From assembly GCA_964406665.1 (NCBI GenBank), contig CAYOSQ010000009.1, positions 6,106-70,105 of the forward strand: a stretch of 64,000 nt of DNA, read 5' to 3'. A program made the position numbers and the translations under genes. The stretch is from an uncultured Planctomycetia bacterium. Its GTDB lineage: Bacteria; Omnitrophota; Gorgyraeia; VGKH01; JBHPFN01. The notes beneath the pieces were generated by a model. It was not told where the DNA came from and ran no database searches. It saw only the letters and a list, made by a program, of their open reading frames with translations. This document shows positions 8,024 through 17,929 of the stretch, piece after piece. Numbering within the stretch: the first letter of the stretch is position 1; each line of letters begins with the position of its first letter.

Positions 8024-8365
8024 ATGAAACTAATTGTTGCGATGATACAGCCTCATAAATTGCCGGATGTAAAGAAAGCACTCTATGGTGCTGAGGTTTT
8101 TAAGATGACTGTGACAAATGCATTGGGTTGTGGCCAGCAGAGAGGTTATACTGAGACATATCGTGGTGTAGAACAAGAGGTAAATCTTCTAAAGAAGATT
8201 CGAGTCGAGGTCGCGGTCAATGATGATTTTGTTGAACCAACAATTGAGGCGGTTGTTAAAGGTGCCCGCACAGGTAATATTGGAGATGGAAAAATATTTG
8301 TATTAGATTTACCCGAATGCATACGCATAAGAACAGGGGAAAGGGGGAATGAGGCTATCGGATAG
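8024..8365 (+). CDS. glnK: Nitrogen regulatory protein P-II (GlnK/GlnB)
   Basis: The 113-aa protein is [20 protein letters not shown]...GYTETYRG..., including the T-loop (RGxE), and it immediately follows amtB. A hairpin GCTCAGGG...CCCTGAGC lies in the 73-nt spacer. Confidence 0.9.
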   Translation: MKLIVAMIQPHKLPDVKKALYGAEVFKMTVTNALGCGQQRGYTETYRGVEQEVNLLKKIRVEVAVNDDFVEPTIEAVVKGARTGNIGDGKIFVLDLPECIRIRTGERGNEAIG

Positions 8366-8376
8366 TAAATTTTCCC

Positions 8377-8540
8377 CGCCCTTTTGGTAGGGTGGGATAA
8401 AATAAAAAAGTCACCAAAAGGGCGGGATCACGTTTACGAGCAGTCAAGCAGCTCGTAAAGTGCTGCTTGTGCTGTAATTTTGCGCATATGATTTACGTCG
8501 TTTAAGGAGACTCCGTAAATCATGCGCTCATTTAAGGAGG
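8377..8540 (+). promoter_or_regulatory. Structured 5' leader (copy B of the nitrogen-gene leader motif) upstream of glnA
   Basis: The GC hairpin is CCGCCCTTTTGGT (8377-8389) pairing with ACCAAAAGGGCGG (8413-8425). Mutually exclusive hairpins follow: TTTACGAG/CTCGTAAA and AAGCAGC/GCTGCTT. The final hairpin is GCGCAtaTGATTTACG (8482-8497) pairing with CGTAAATCAtGCGC (8514-8527). It is followed by TCATTTAAGGAGG and the ATG at 8547. The sequence and architecture parallel 1932-2070. Confidence 0.5.
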
Positions 8541-8546
8541 AATAAA

Positions 8547-9884
8547 ATGGCTAAACAATTAACAAAGAAACAAAAGATTTTAAAGTTAGTAAAAGAAAAA
8601 GATGTAAAATTTATCAGGTTATGGTTTACGGATGTTCTTGGACAGGTTAAGAGTTTCTCAATTACCGATAGCGAATTGGAAAATGCGCTAGAAAGCGGCA
8701 TGGGCTTTGATGGTTCTTCAATTACAGGCTATCAGGATATTGAAGAGTCGGATATGATTGCTATGCCTGATCCTGATACCTTTGCGATTCTTCCCTGGAG
8801 GCCAAAGGAAAAGGCAGTGGCGCGTATGATCTGTGATGTGTTAACTCCTGATAGAAAGCCTTACGAAGGAGATCCGCGTTATGTATTAAAGAGAGCTTTA
8901 GAGCGGGCTAAAAAAATGGGATATGATCATTTCTACCTAGGGCCGGAGCTGGAGTTTTTCTATTTTAAAAAGGACGATGGTATTGAGATATTGGATAAGG
9001 GTGGATATTTTGATCTAACTACTCTCGATGTTGCCAGTGATCTAAGACGTGAGACTGTTTTAGCACTTGAGCAGATGGGAATTAATATTGAATATTCTCA
9101 TCACGAGGTTGCACCTTCACAGCATGAAGTAGATATGCGCTATAAAGATGCCTTGATTATGGCTGACAGCGTAATTACTTACAGGGTTGTGGTTAAAGAG
9201 ATCGCTAGTAAGTTCGGTGTGTATGCTACTTTTATGCCAAAGCCAATCTTCGGAGAGAACGGTTCAGGCATGCATGTACATCAGTCACTTTTTAAGGGAT
9301 CAAGGAATGCATTCTTTGATGTAAAGTCAAAAGACTTTTTATCAGACACAGCACGCAGATATATTGCAGGTCTCCTAAAGCATTCAAAAGAGATTTGTTC
9401 TATTTTTGCTCAGACAACTAACTCTTATAAGAGATTAGTTCCTGGATACGAGGCACCAGTTTACATTGCCTGGAGCCGTAGAAACAGAAGTGCGTTGGTC
9501 AGAGTTCCTCTGTATCATCCGGGACAAGAGAAGGCAACACGCTGTGAGTTTAGAGCCTGTGATCCGGCTTGTAATCCGTATCTTACCTTTGCCGCAATGT
9601 TACACGCTGGGTTAGATGGGATTGAAAAAGGATATAAAGTTCCTGCCCCTATGGAGCAGAATCTTTATCACTTAAGCGATACCGAGAGAAAGAAAAAAGG
9701 TATCCAGACATTGCCGGATAGCTTGGGACATGCAATTTCAATGACTGAGGAAAGTAATCTTGTAAGAAAAACATTGGGAGATCATATATTTCCTAGGTTT
9801 GTTGAGTTAAAGAAAAAAGAATGGGATGAATACAGAATTCAGGTTCCGCAGCATGAGCTTGATAAATATCTTTCTATTTTGTAA
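8547..9884 (+). CDS. glnA: Glutamine synthetase, type I-alpha-like (445 aa)
   Basis: The catalytic motifs are complete: GFDGSS, KPIFGENGSGMHVHQS, NPY and AWSRRNRSALVRVP. It has a GGAGG RBS. Confidence 0.9.
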   Translation: MAKQLTKKQKILKLVKEKDVKFIRLWFTDVLGQVKSFSITDSELENALESGMGFDGSSITGYQDIEESDMIAMPDPDTFAILPWRPKEKAVARMICDVLTPDRKPYEGDPRYVLKRALERAKKMGYDHFYLGPELEFFYFKKDDGIEILDKGGYFDLTTLDVASDLRRETVLALEQMGINIEYSHHEVAPSQHEVDMRYKDALIMADSVITYRVVVKEIASKFGVYATFMPKPIFGENGSGMHVHQSLFKGSRNAFFDVKSKDFLSDTARRYIAGLLKHSKEICSIFAQTTNSYKRLVPGYEAPVYIAWSRRNRSALVRVPLYHPGQEKATRCEFRACDPACNPYLTFAAMLHAGLDGIEKGYKVPAPMEQNLYHLSDTERKKKGIQTLPDSLGHAISMTEESNLVRKTLGDHIFPRFVELKKKEWDEYRIQVPQHELDKYLSIL

Positions 9885-9985
9885 TTGATAAGCTCGCGCT
9901 GTGGCTTTTTTAAAAAGCCACAGCGCACTAAGGATTCCTTTACAATTTTTATGCCTGATATTTAGGCGGTTAAGGATTGAGAATA

Positions 9986-10249
9986 ATGCAGAAACATGCT
10001 CAAGAAATGACCAAAGAGTTGGAATTAAAAACAGCAATTGACAATATTGATGATTTTTTCTTAAAGAGTAAGCAGAAGGAGTTGTATAAATTTATTATCG
10101 AGACAGTTGAGAAGCCGCTTATTGAAAGGACACTTGAGAGAACATATGGTAATCAGATTAAAGCAGCGAAACTTTTAGGAATAAACAGAAATACCTTGCG
10201 CGATAAGATTAAAAGGCTCAAAATAGATGTTAATAAATGGAAGCTTTAA
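9986..10249 (+). CDS. Fis-family DNA-binding protein (stand-alone Fis-type HTH)
   Basis: [46 protein letters not shown] closely parallels the C-terminal half of Fis and the NtrC HTH. I prefer the ATG at 9986, which has an AAGGA RBS. Confidence 0.65.
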   Translation: MQKHAQEMTKELELKTAIDNIDDFFLKSKQKELYKFIIETVEKPLIERTLERTYGNQIKAAKLLGINRNTLRDKIKRLKIDVNKWKL

Positions 10250-10254
10250 ACCCG

Positions 10255-10384
10255 GGTTTGCCATAGTTAAAATTTTTACTGGGCAGGCAAATCCGCCCGT
10301 AGGGCCGATACGGCGCGACAAGTTGCGACTATCGGGGTTAACCCTAGCTAGAAAGCGATTTATCTCGCCTTGGCGAGATAAAAT
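10255..10384 (+). promoter_or_regulatory. gltB leader with three hairpins and a GGGTTAACCC palindrome
   Basis: GGGTTTGCC...GGCAAATCC lies at 10255-10295. CCGATA...TATCGG lies at 10306-10336. The perfect 11-bp stem TTTATCTCGCC-ttg-GGCGAGATAAA lies at 10358-10384, 17 nt before the ATG. Confidence 0.35.
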
Positions 10385-10401
10385 TTGGGTAATATAAAAC
10401 A

Positions 10402-13400
10402 ATGAATAATCATTTTCCCAAAAAACAAGGATTGTACGATCCGTGCTTCGAGCATGATGCTTGCGGCGTAGGATTTATTTGCAATATCAAAGGCAATAAG
10501 TCTAACGAGATCGTCAATCAGGGTTTGAATATTTTAAAAAGATTAGCCCACCGCGGAGCTGTGGGAGCAGATCCTGAAACCGGTGATGGCGCAGGAATCT
10601 TAATTCAAACGCCGCATGCATTTTTCCAAAAAATTGCGCAACGTGAAGGAATTACTTTACCTGATGAAGGCTCATATGGAACTGGATTAATATTTTTACC
10701 CCCTGATAAAAAAGAGCGTGAGTTCTGTAAAGATGTATTCAAAAAGACAATTGAACAAGATGATCATACACTTCTTGGTTGGCGCAAGGTTCCAGTTGAT
10801 GATTCCTGTATCGGAAAGACTGCCAAAGCTACACAGCCAGTGATCGAGCAAATATTCATTAAGAAAAATGAGGCATTCAAAGAACAGCTTGCCTTTGAGC
10901 GCAGGCTCTATGTAATCAGAAGAATTGTTGAAAACACAATCAGTGCTTCAGATTTAAAACAAAAATCTTACTTTTATATTACAAATATTTCTTCGCGTAC
11001 ATTTTTGTATAAGGGTCTGCTTATGACCAATCAACTTGAGGATTTCTTTGTTGATCTTAAAGATAAAGATTTAAAGAGTGCTTTGTGCCTGGTGCACTCT
11101 CGTTATAGCACCAATACATTTCCTACCTGGGATTTATCTCAGCCGTTTCGTTTTCTAGCACACAACGGAGAGATTAATACTTTACGCGGCAACATCAATT
11201 GGATGAGGGCGAAAGAAGATTTATTATTTAGTCCTTTATTTGGAGATGATATTGAGCGGATAAAACCAATTGTAGTTCCCGGGGGAAGTGATTCTGCAAG
11301 CATTGATAACGCCTTTGAATTATTAGTGCTCTCAGGTAGATCTTTGCCTCACGTAATGATGATGCTTATTCCTTCAGCCTGGGAACAAAATCATTTGATG
11401 GATGAAAAGCAGAGAAAGTTTTATCAATATCATACTTGTTTAATGGAGCCTTGGGATGGGCCAGCTGCGATTGCATTTACTGATGGCTTGCGAATCGGCG
11501 CAGTGCTTGATAGAAACGGTCTTCGACCTGCCCGCTACATTGTCACTAAGCAAGATATGGTGGTTATGGCATCTGAGGTGGGAGTACTTGATATTAAGCC
11601 AGAAGACATTGCCTATTCTGGCAGGCTTGAGCCGGGAAAAATTTTCTTCATCGATACAAAAGAGGGTCGAATTATTGATGATAAAGAGATTAAAGATACA
11701 GTCTCAAGTCAGTGGCCTTATGATAAATGGCTTAAAGATTGTTTGATTGAGATAGAAAAATTACCTGCTCCGCAAGAAAAACAAAAACCTTCAGATGATG
11801 TTCTTACACAGTTGAAAGCCTTTGGTTATGCGCGTGAAGACCTAAGTGTTTTACTTGGACCTATGGCAGAAACCGGTCAAGAGCCAACAGGTTCAATGGG
11901 TAATGATACGCCACATGCAGTTTTGTCAAAGAGGCCGCAGCTACTTTATAGTTATTTTAAACAATTGTTTGCTCAGGTTACTAATCCTGCGATCGATCCT
12001 ATTCGGGAAGATCTGGTAATGAGTCTGGAATGTTATATGGGTTCTCGCAGGAATCTGCTTGATGAAACAGCTCAGCATTGTCATAAGGTGCGTTTAAAGC
12101 AGCCGGTTTTAACTAATAAAGAATTAGCAAAATTAAAATATATAAATGAAAGAGGTTTTAAAACCAGAACAATATCTCTACTATTTAAAGCAAAAGAAGA
12201 GAATGCATTCTCCCAAGCCCTGGAACGTATATCTAAAGAAGCTAAGGCAGCAATACAGGAAGGATGTTCTTTTGTGGTATTAAGTGACCGCGGTGTAAAC
12301 AAAGATTTTGCAGCCCTGCCAGCATTACTTGCAATTGGTACAGTGCATCAATATCTGGTTAAAGATACTTCGCGCTCCCAAATTGCAATTATTTTAGAAA
12401 GTGCAGAACCTAGAGAAGTACATCACTTTGCCGTGCTTTTTGGTTTTGGCGTAGGTTGTGTTAATCCTTATCTGGCATATGAATCTTTAGAATATCTTAT
12501 TAAAGAAAAAGATTTATCCCTTGATTTTAAAACAGCACAGAAAAATTACATCAAGGCAATAAATAAAGGGGTATTAAAGGTACTTTCAAAAATGGGAATA
12601 TCTACTTTACAGAGTTATCGCGGTGCCCAGATATTTGAAGCCTTGGGTTTAAATGATGAGATTATTGAGAAGTGTTTTAAAGGCACAGTATCGCGTATTG
12701 GCGGTGCAGGGATTGATGTCATAGAAAAAGAAACAATGCTTCGCCACCAAGAGGCGTTTCCCCTTCGGGGAAACGACGACGTGGGGTTTCTCCCCACAGG
12801 TGGGGTTTATCAGTGGAAAAGAGACGGAGAGTTTCATCTTTGGAACCCTGAGAGCATATCAGCTTTGCAGGATGCCACTAGGTTTAATGATTACCAGCTT
12901 TATAAAAAATTCGCTAGGTTTTTTAATGATCAATCAAGCCAGCCCACAACTTTGCGTAGCCTTCTGGAATTTAAGCAAACCAAACCTATTTCTATTGATA
13001 AAGTAGAGCCGGTTGAGAGTATATTCAAGCGTTTTGCTACAGGGGCAATGAGCTTTGGTTCAATCTCTCGTGGTGCACACGAGACCTTAGCCATTGCTAT
13101 GAATAGAATCGGGGGAAAATCCAATACAGGAGAAGGCGGGGAAGACCCAGAGCGTTTTAAAACATTGCCCAGTGGAGATTCTGCCCGCAGCGCTATAAAG
13201 CAGGTGGCATCCGGAAGATTCGGTGCTACAACTAATTATTTAGTAAATGCAGATGAAATTCAAATAAAGATTGCTCAGGGTGCTAAGCCCGGTGAAGGCG
13301 GCCAACTTCCCGGGCATAAGGTAAGTGAAATTATTGCCCGGACAAGACACACTACACCCGGGGTTACTTTAATTTCACCTCCGCCGCATCATGATATTTA

Positions 13401-14928
13401 TTCAATTGAAGATTTAGCCCAGCTTATCTTTGATTTAAAGAATGCCAATCCTAAAGCACGCATAAGTGTAAAGCTGGTTTCAGAAATAGGTGTGGGAACA
13501 GTTGCTGCAGGCGTGGCCAAAGGCCACGCAGACATGATTTTAATCTCTGGTGCAGACGGCGGAACAGGTGCGTCACCGAGAAGTTCTATTATGTATGCGG
13601 GCCTGCCTTGGGAATTAGGTCTTGCGGAGACTCATCAGACATTAGTTTTAAATAATTTACGTAGCCGTGTGCGTCTGCAAACCGATGGTCAGATGCGTAC
13701 CGGCCGAGATGTTGCCATCGCTGCAATTTTAGGCGCTGAGGAGTTTGGTTTTTGTACCTGTGCATTAGTTATTTCCGGATGTGTTATGTTAAGACATTGC
13801 CATCTGAATAATTGTTCTGTGGGAGTTGCCACTCAGGATGAAGTCTTAGAGAAAAGATTCAAAGGAAAGCCTGAGTACGTAGTAAATTATTTTCATTTTG
13901 TTGCCCAGGAATTAAGAGAGGTTATGGCACAGCTGGGAATAAGGCGCGTGGAAGATTTAGTGGGTAGAACAGATTTAATTAAAGTAAATCAGGAGATTGT
14001 CCCCTGGAAGGCAAAAGGGATTGATTATTCCCGGATTCTTTACAAGCCCAAAGTAGATAAGAAAGTTGGGGTTTATTGCACGCAGGCGCAGGATCACGGA
14101 ATCGAAAGTGTGTTGGATAAAAAATTAATTAAGTCTGCTAAGCCGGCGTTGGAAAAATCCCAGCCGGTAACAATTGAATCAGAAATAAAAAATAATAACC
14201 GCACCACAGGAACAATGTTAAGCGGTGAGGTTTGTAAAAAGTTTGGTGAGCAGGGCCTGCCTGAAGATACTATAAGATGTAAATTTACCGGAGTGGCTGG
14301 GCAGAGTTTTGGCGCCTGGTTGGCTAAGGGTGTGACTTTTGAACTCGAAGGTATGGCTAATGATTATATCGGAAAAGGTATCTTCGGTGGAAAGATTATT
14401 GTTTACCCCAGTTCAAAAGCCGATTATTCACCGCAGGATAATATTATTATAGGTAATACTACCTTTTACGGTGCAATAACAGGCCAGGCATATATCCGGG
14501 GATTAGCCGGAGAAAGATTTTGCATCCGTAATTCCGGATTACACGCAGTTGTTGAAGGTGTTGGCGATCACGGTTGTGAATATATGACTGGGGGCAGAGT
14601 GGTAGTATTAGGTAAAACCGGGAGGAATTTTGCCGCCGGCATGTCCGGAGGTATTGCTTATGTGTATGATACAGATAATACATTTAAAGAAAAATGCAAT
14701 ATGGGAATGGTCGAGCTAGAAGAGCTTTTGGAGGAAGATAGAGAGACAATTATTAGTTTGGTCAATAACCATTACAACTATACAAAGAGCGAAGTTGCAA
14801 AGAATGTTTTAGATAATCATACAAGCGAATTAGAAAAATTCGTCAAAGTTATGCCTATTGAATATAAGCGGGTGTTAGAAGGTTTGAAAGTGAAGAAGTC
14901 AAAATCAGATGAGGTTTCTGACGGTTAA
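10402..14928 (+). CDS. gltB: Glutamate synthase large subunit (1508 aa; GATase, FMN and GXGXG domains)
   Basis: The N-terminus CGVGFI is the Ntn amidotransferase signature. The central FMN domain and the C-terminal GXGXG domain are present along the full length. Confidence 0.95.
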   Translation: MNNHFPKKQGLYDPCFEHDACGVGFICNIKGNKSNEIVNQGLNILKRLAHRGAVGADPETGDGAGILIQTPHAFFQKIAQREGITLPDEGSYGTGLIFLPPDKKEREFCKDVFKKTIEQDDHTLLGWRKVPVDDSCIGKTAKATQPVIEQIFIKKNEAFKEQLAFERRLYVIRRIVENTISASDLKQKSYFYITNISSRTFLYKGLLMTNQLEDFFVDLKDKDLKSALCLVHSRYSTNTFPTWDLSQPFRFLAHNGEINTLRGNINWMRAKEDLLFSPLFGDDIERIKPIVVPGGSDSASIDNAFELLVLSGRSLPHVMMMLIPSAWEQNHLMDEKQRKFYQYHTCLMEPWDGPAAIAFTDGLRIGAVLDRNGLRPARYIVTKQDMVVMASEVGVLDIKPEDIAYSGRLEPGKIFFIDTKEGRIIDDKEIKDTVSSQWPYDKWLKDCLIEIEKLPAPQEKQKPSDDVLTQLKAFGYAREDLSVLLGPMAETGQEPTGSMGNDTPHAVLSKRPQLLYSYFKQLFAQVTNPAIDPIREDLVMSLECYMGSRRNLLDETAQHCHKVRLKQPVLTNKELAKLKYINERGFKTRTISLLFKAKEENAFSQALERISKEAKAAIQEGCSFVVLSDRGVNKDFAALPALLAIGTVHQYLVKDTSRSQIAIILESAEPREVHHFAVLFGFGVGCVNPYLAYESLEYLIKEKDLSLDFKTAQKNYIKAINKGVLKVLSKMGISTLQSYRGAQIFEALGLNDEIIEKCFKGTVSRIGGAGIDVIEKETMLRHQEAFPLRGNDDVGFLPTGGVYQWKRDGEFHLWNPESISALQDATRFNDYQLYKKFARFFNDQSSQPTTLRSLLEFKQTKPISIDKVEPVESIFKRFATGAMSFGSISRGAHETLAIAMNRIGGKSNTGEGGEDPERFKTLPSGDSARSAIKQVASGRFGATTNYLVNADEIQIKIAQGAKPGEGGQLPGHKVSEIIARTRHTTPGVTLISPPPHHDIYSIEDLAQLIFDLKNANPKARISVKLVSEIGVGTVAAGVAKGHADMILISGADGGTGASPRSSIMYAGLPWELGLAETHQTLVLNNLRSRVRLQTDGQMRTGRDVAIAAILGAEEFGFCTCALVISGCVMLRHCHLNNCSVGVATQDEVLEKRFKGKPEYVVNYFHFVAQELREVMAQLGIRRVEDLVGRTDLIKVNQEIVPWKAKGIDYSRILYKPKVDKKVGVYCTQAQDHGIESVLDKKLIKSAKPALEKSQPVTIESEIKNNNRTTGTMLSGEVCKKFGEQGLPEDTIRCKFTGVAGQSFGAWLAKGVTFELEGMANDYIGKGIFGGKIIVYPSSKADYSPQDNIIIGNTTFYGAITGQAYIRGLAGERFCIRNSGLHAVVEGVGDHGCEYMTGGRVVVLGKTGRNFAAGMSGGIAYVYDTDNTFKEKCNMGMVELEELLEEDRETIISLVNNHYNYTKSEVAKNVLDNHTSELEKFVKVMPIEYKRVLEGLKVKKSKSDEVSDG

Positions 14929-14939
14929 GGGAATGAACA

Positions 14940-16367
14940 ATGGCTGATCCTAGAGGTTTCCTAAAATTTAAAAGAAAAAAATCTGCCTACCGTCCTGTAA
15001 AAGAACGTGTGGCTGATTATAAAGAAGCCAGTATTCTGCGCCTTGAAGATAGTTCTAAAGAACAGGCCTCACGCTGTATGGATTGCGGTACGCCATTTTG
15101 CCATTGGGGCTGTCCTATCGGTAACCATATCCCCGAGTGGAATAACCTTATGTTTCAGGGAAAGTGGGAAAAGGCATTTCAGCTGCTTGATGCTACAAAT
15201 AATATGCCGGAGATTACCGGCAGGCTTTGCCCTGCATTGTGTGAATATGCCTGTGTCTTAGGAATTAATGATGATGCTATAACCATAAGAGAAAATGAGC
15301 TCGATGTTATTGAGCTTGCATTTAAACATGGTTTGATTAAACCCAGGCCGCCGAAGCAACGTACAGGCAAACGTGTTGCAGTTGTAGGTTCTGGGCCGGC
15401 AGGATTATCTTGTGCAGCCCAGCTTAACAAAGCCGGACACAATGTTGTTGTATTTGAGAAGTCTGCCAAAGTCGGCGGAATTTTGAGATACGGCATTCCT
15501 GATTTTAAACTGGATAAAAAAATAATCGATAGGCGTCTTAAGCTTTGGCAGAAAGAAGGCATTGAATTCAAGACTTCTGTTGAGGTAGGCGAAGATTATC
15601 CTAGCAAAAAACTCTTAGATGAATTTGATGCTGTGTGTTTAACAGGTGGCAGTTCTGTGCCACGAGATCTTAATATCGAGGGAAGGGAATTAGCCGGCAT
15701 TCATTTTGCTATGGATTATTTGGTTCAATCAAACCAACGCGTGGCAGGTGAAAAGATCCCTAAGGATAATCTTATTGATGCCCAGGATAAAAAAGTTGTG
15801 ATTATCGGCGGTGGAGATACGGGCGCAGATTGTGTGGGGACTGCCAATAGGCAGGGTGCCAGCAAGATAGTGCAACTTGAAGTATTGCCTAAGCCGCCAG
15901 TCGATCGCACGGATGATTTCCCTTGGCCAACATACCCAATGTTGCTTAAAACCTCTACTTCACATGAAGAAGGCGCAGATAGACAATGGAGTATTCTGAC
16001 TAAGAAGTTTTCCGGTGAGGGTGTTAAGGTTGAAAAACTTCATTGTATTCAAGTTGAGTTTGGGCCAGAAAAGGATGCACACAATCGCCCTATTATGAAA
16101 GAGGTAAAGGGCAGTGAGTTTGAGATTGAGGCAGACTTAGTTATTCTGGCAGTTGGATTTATTCATCCCCAACATGGAGGCCTGCTTAATCAGCTTGGGT
16201 TAGAGTTTGATGTTAGGGGTAATGTAAAGACAGACGAAGATTTTCAAACTTCCAAAAAGAAAATCTTCTGTGCAGGAGATATGAGAAGAGGCCAATCACT
16301 TATTGTTTGGGCGGTGTATGAAGGCCGCGAGGCTGCTAGGGCGATAGATGGTTATCTCAGCAAGTAG
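14940..16367 (+). CDS. gltD: Glutamate synthase small subunit (NADPH-dependent)
   Basis: Two Cys clusters are present (CMDCGTPFC, CPALCEYAC). Two Rossmann folds are present (VAVVGSGPAGLSCA, VVIIGGGDTGADC). Confidence 0.9.
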   Translation: MADPRGFLKFKRKKSAYRPVKERVADYKEASILRLEDSSKEQASRCMDCGTPFCHWGCPIGNHIPEWNNLMFQGKWEKAFQLLDATNNMPEITGRLCPALCEYACVLGINDDAITIRENELDVIELAFKHGLIKPRPPKQRTGKRVAVVGSGPAGLSCAAQLNKAGHNVVVFEKSAKVGGILRYGIPDFKLDKKIIDRRLKLWQKEGIEFKTSVEVGEDYPSKKLLDEFDAVCLTGGSSVPRDLNIEGRELAGIHFAMDYLVQSNQRVAGEKIPKDNLIDAQDKKVVIIGGGDTGADCVGTANRQGASKIVQLEVLPKPPVDRTDDFPWPTYPMLLKTSTSHEEGADRQWSILTKKFSGEGVKVEKLHCIQVEFGPEKDAHNRPIMKEVKGSEFEIEADLVILAVGFIHPQHGGLLNQLGLEFDVRGNVKTDEDFQTSKKKIFCAGDMRRGQSLIVWAVYEGREAARAIDGYLSK

Positions 16368-16395
16368 GTGAAGCGTGAGAGTCAGTCGATTCAAT

Positions 16396-16430
16396 AGCCC
16401 GCTAAACTGTATTGTTTAGCGGGCTTTCTT
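16396..16430 (+). terminator. Rho-independent terminator after gltD
   Basis: The sequence is AGCCCGCTAAACtgtattGTTTAGCGGGCTttctt. Confidence 0.7.
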
Positions 16431-16536
16431 ATTGAATTGACAGTCCTCGCGCAACCTTAAATAGAGAAGGTGCGAGGGTTTGACAAAGGCAGAATTTAGA
16501 GTTAAGATAGGGGTTACTTGCCTATTAGAGGAAACT

Positions 16537-16911
16537 ATGAATAAAGCCCTATCATTTCTAAAAACAGTCCTTGATAAGTTAATTTATCTTATAAGAGCGC
16601 TAGCTGGCGCTGCAGCGATTCTTGCCATTATTTTTGGAGCTTTTGCATTTAGCGATAATGAATATAAAACAGGTGCATTGCAAATATTGGTTGGAGCGCT
16701 TTTGTTTTTATTTTTCTCAGGCAATATCCGTAAGCCTATGTACTTATTGGTTATGTTGGTTATGATGGTTGTATTAGTTGCTGCCTACTATGTCGACATA
16801 TATTTTGTCGGCAAGGACGGAACAACGTTGCTTATACTATTAGTCGCCCTACCGCTGTTTACGTTTTTGACAGTGAAGAAAATAGATAGGCATTATAAAA
16901 ATGGCTGTTAA
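16537..16911 (+). CDS. Small integral membrane protein (hypothetical)
   Basis: It has three or four hydrophobic helices. I prefer the ATG at 16537. The track's TTG at 16480 is actually a TTGACA -35-like hexamer. Confidence 0.45.
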   Translation: MNKALSFLKTVLDKLIYLIRALAGAAAILAIIFGAFAFSDNEYKTGALQILVGALLFLFFSGNIRKPMYLLVMLVMMVVLVAAYYVDIYFVGKDGTTLLILLVALPLFTFLTVKKIDRHYKNGC

Positions 16912-16959
16912 TTCTAATTGTATTGCCTCGACTAGTAGATATAACATTTATCAATTTGC

Positions 16960-16990
16960 TTGACAAATGATATAACATATGTTATATATT
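16960..16990 (+). promoter_or_regulatory. Promoter with an embedded 18-bp perfect palindrome (candidate operator for the HTH-Fic protein)
   Basis: TTGACA (16960-16965) is followed by a 17-nt spacer and TATATA. ATATAACATATGTTATAT (16970-16987) lies in the spacer/-10 region. An extra half-site GATATAACAT lies at 16938-16947. Confidence 0.5.
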
Positions 16991-17002
16991 ATATAGATAA
17001 AT

Positions 17003-17929
17003 ATGGGAAACTATATAAGACAAATTAAACAGATCAAAGAGAAAACCGGCTGGACTCAAGGTCAATTAGCTGATGAGCTGGGCGTTTCTTTTGCTACTAT
17101 TAATCGTTGGCTCAATAAACACGCAAAGCCGCAGCCTTCACGCCTTAAATTAATTACAAGAATATTCCAGGATATGGTGGGGATTCAGCCTGTCCCGCAA
17201 AAGGAATTAGAGCGGCTTATTAAGAATATTGAATCTTTAAAGAAGAAGTTTAAAGATATAAGAAAATGTATCGTTGGAGATCAAGACCTTCTTGGTGATT
17301 TTTTAATCGAGCTTACCTATAATAGCAATGCCATTGAAGGTAGCCGTATGAGCAAGGCTAATACCAAGGCCATAATTCAGGATAAATCCCTGATTAAAGA
17401 TAGAACCCTTATTGAGCATCTGGAGGTAAAAAATCACGAATCAGTTTTAAGAAAAGTATTAACCGGCGAGATTAAAGGTCCTATTGCAGAAAGCCTTATT
17501 CTTAAGATGCATGCTCAGCTTATGCAGGGAATAATTGCTGATGCTGGATCATATCGCAAAAACTGGATTAAGATTACTGGAGTAGATTTGGTCTTGCCAG
17601 CTCCTGAAGATATAAAAGAAGAAATGGCTGACTTTTTTAAAAAGATAAATAGGCCAGCTGGTGATTCTTTGCAACATATTGCTAGGATGCATTATGAATT
17701 TGAGGCTATCCATCCATTTTCTGACGGAAACGGGAGGTTAGGCAGGCTGATTATAACTATTATGTTGCTGGATAAAAACTTTGCACCGGCAATAGTAAAG
17801 ATAGAAGACAGAAGCCGCTACTATGAAGTTTTGGATTATGCCAATAGAAAAGAAGGTACTTATTTAGTTAAGTTTATTCTTGAAAGTGTCTTGTCAGGAT
17901 TTAGATTGTTAAAATTGCGACAGCCGTAG
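17003..17929 (+). CDS. Fic-family protein with an N-terminal XRE-type HTH
   Basis: The HTH is GWTQGQLADELGVSFATINRWLN. The Fic motif is HPFSDGNGRLGRL. Confidence 0.85.
   Translation: MGNYIRQIKQIKEKTGWTQGQLADELGVSFATINRWLNKHAKPQPSRLKLITRIFQDMVGIQPVPQKELERLIKNIESLKKKFKDIRKCIVGDQDLLGDFLIELTYNSNAIEGSRMSKANTKAIIQDKSLIKDRTLIEHLEVKNHESVLRKVLTGEIKGPIAESLILKMHAQLMQGIIADAGSYRKNWIKITGVDLVLPAPEDIKEEMADFFKKINRPAGDSLQHIARMHYEFEAIHPFSDGNGRLGRLIITIMLLDKNFAPAIVKIEDRSRYYEVLDYANRKEGTYLVKFILESVLSGFRLLKLRQP

Noticed and set aside
8366-8546. A sigma-54 (-24 GG / -12 GC) promoter upstream of glnA and amtB, as in enterobacterial Ntr regulons
   Set aside because: No TGGCAC-N5-TTGCW match was found in the glnA, amtB-operon or gltB leaders. 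Control here seems instead to involve the structured leaders and the GS-HTH dyads. Absence by eye is not proof.
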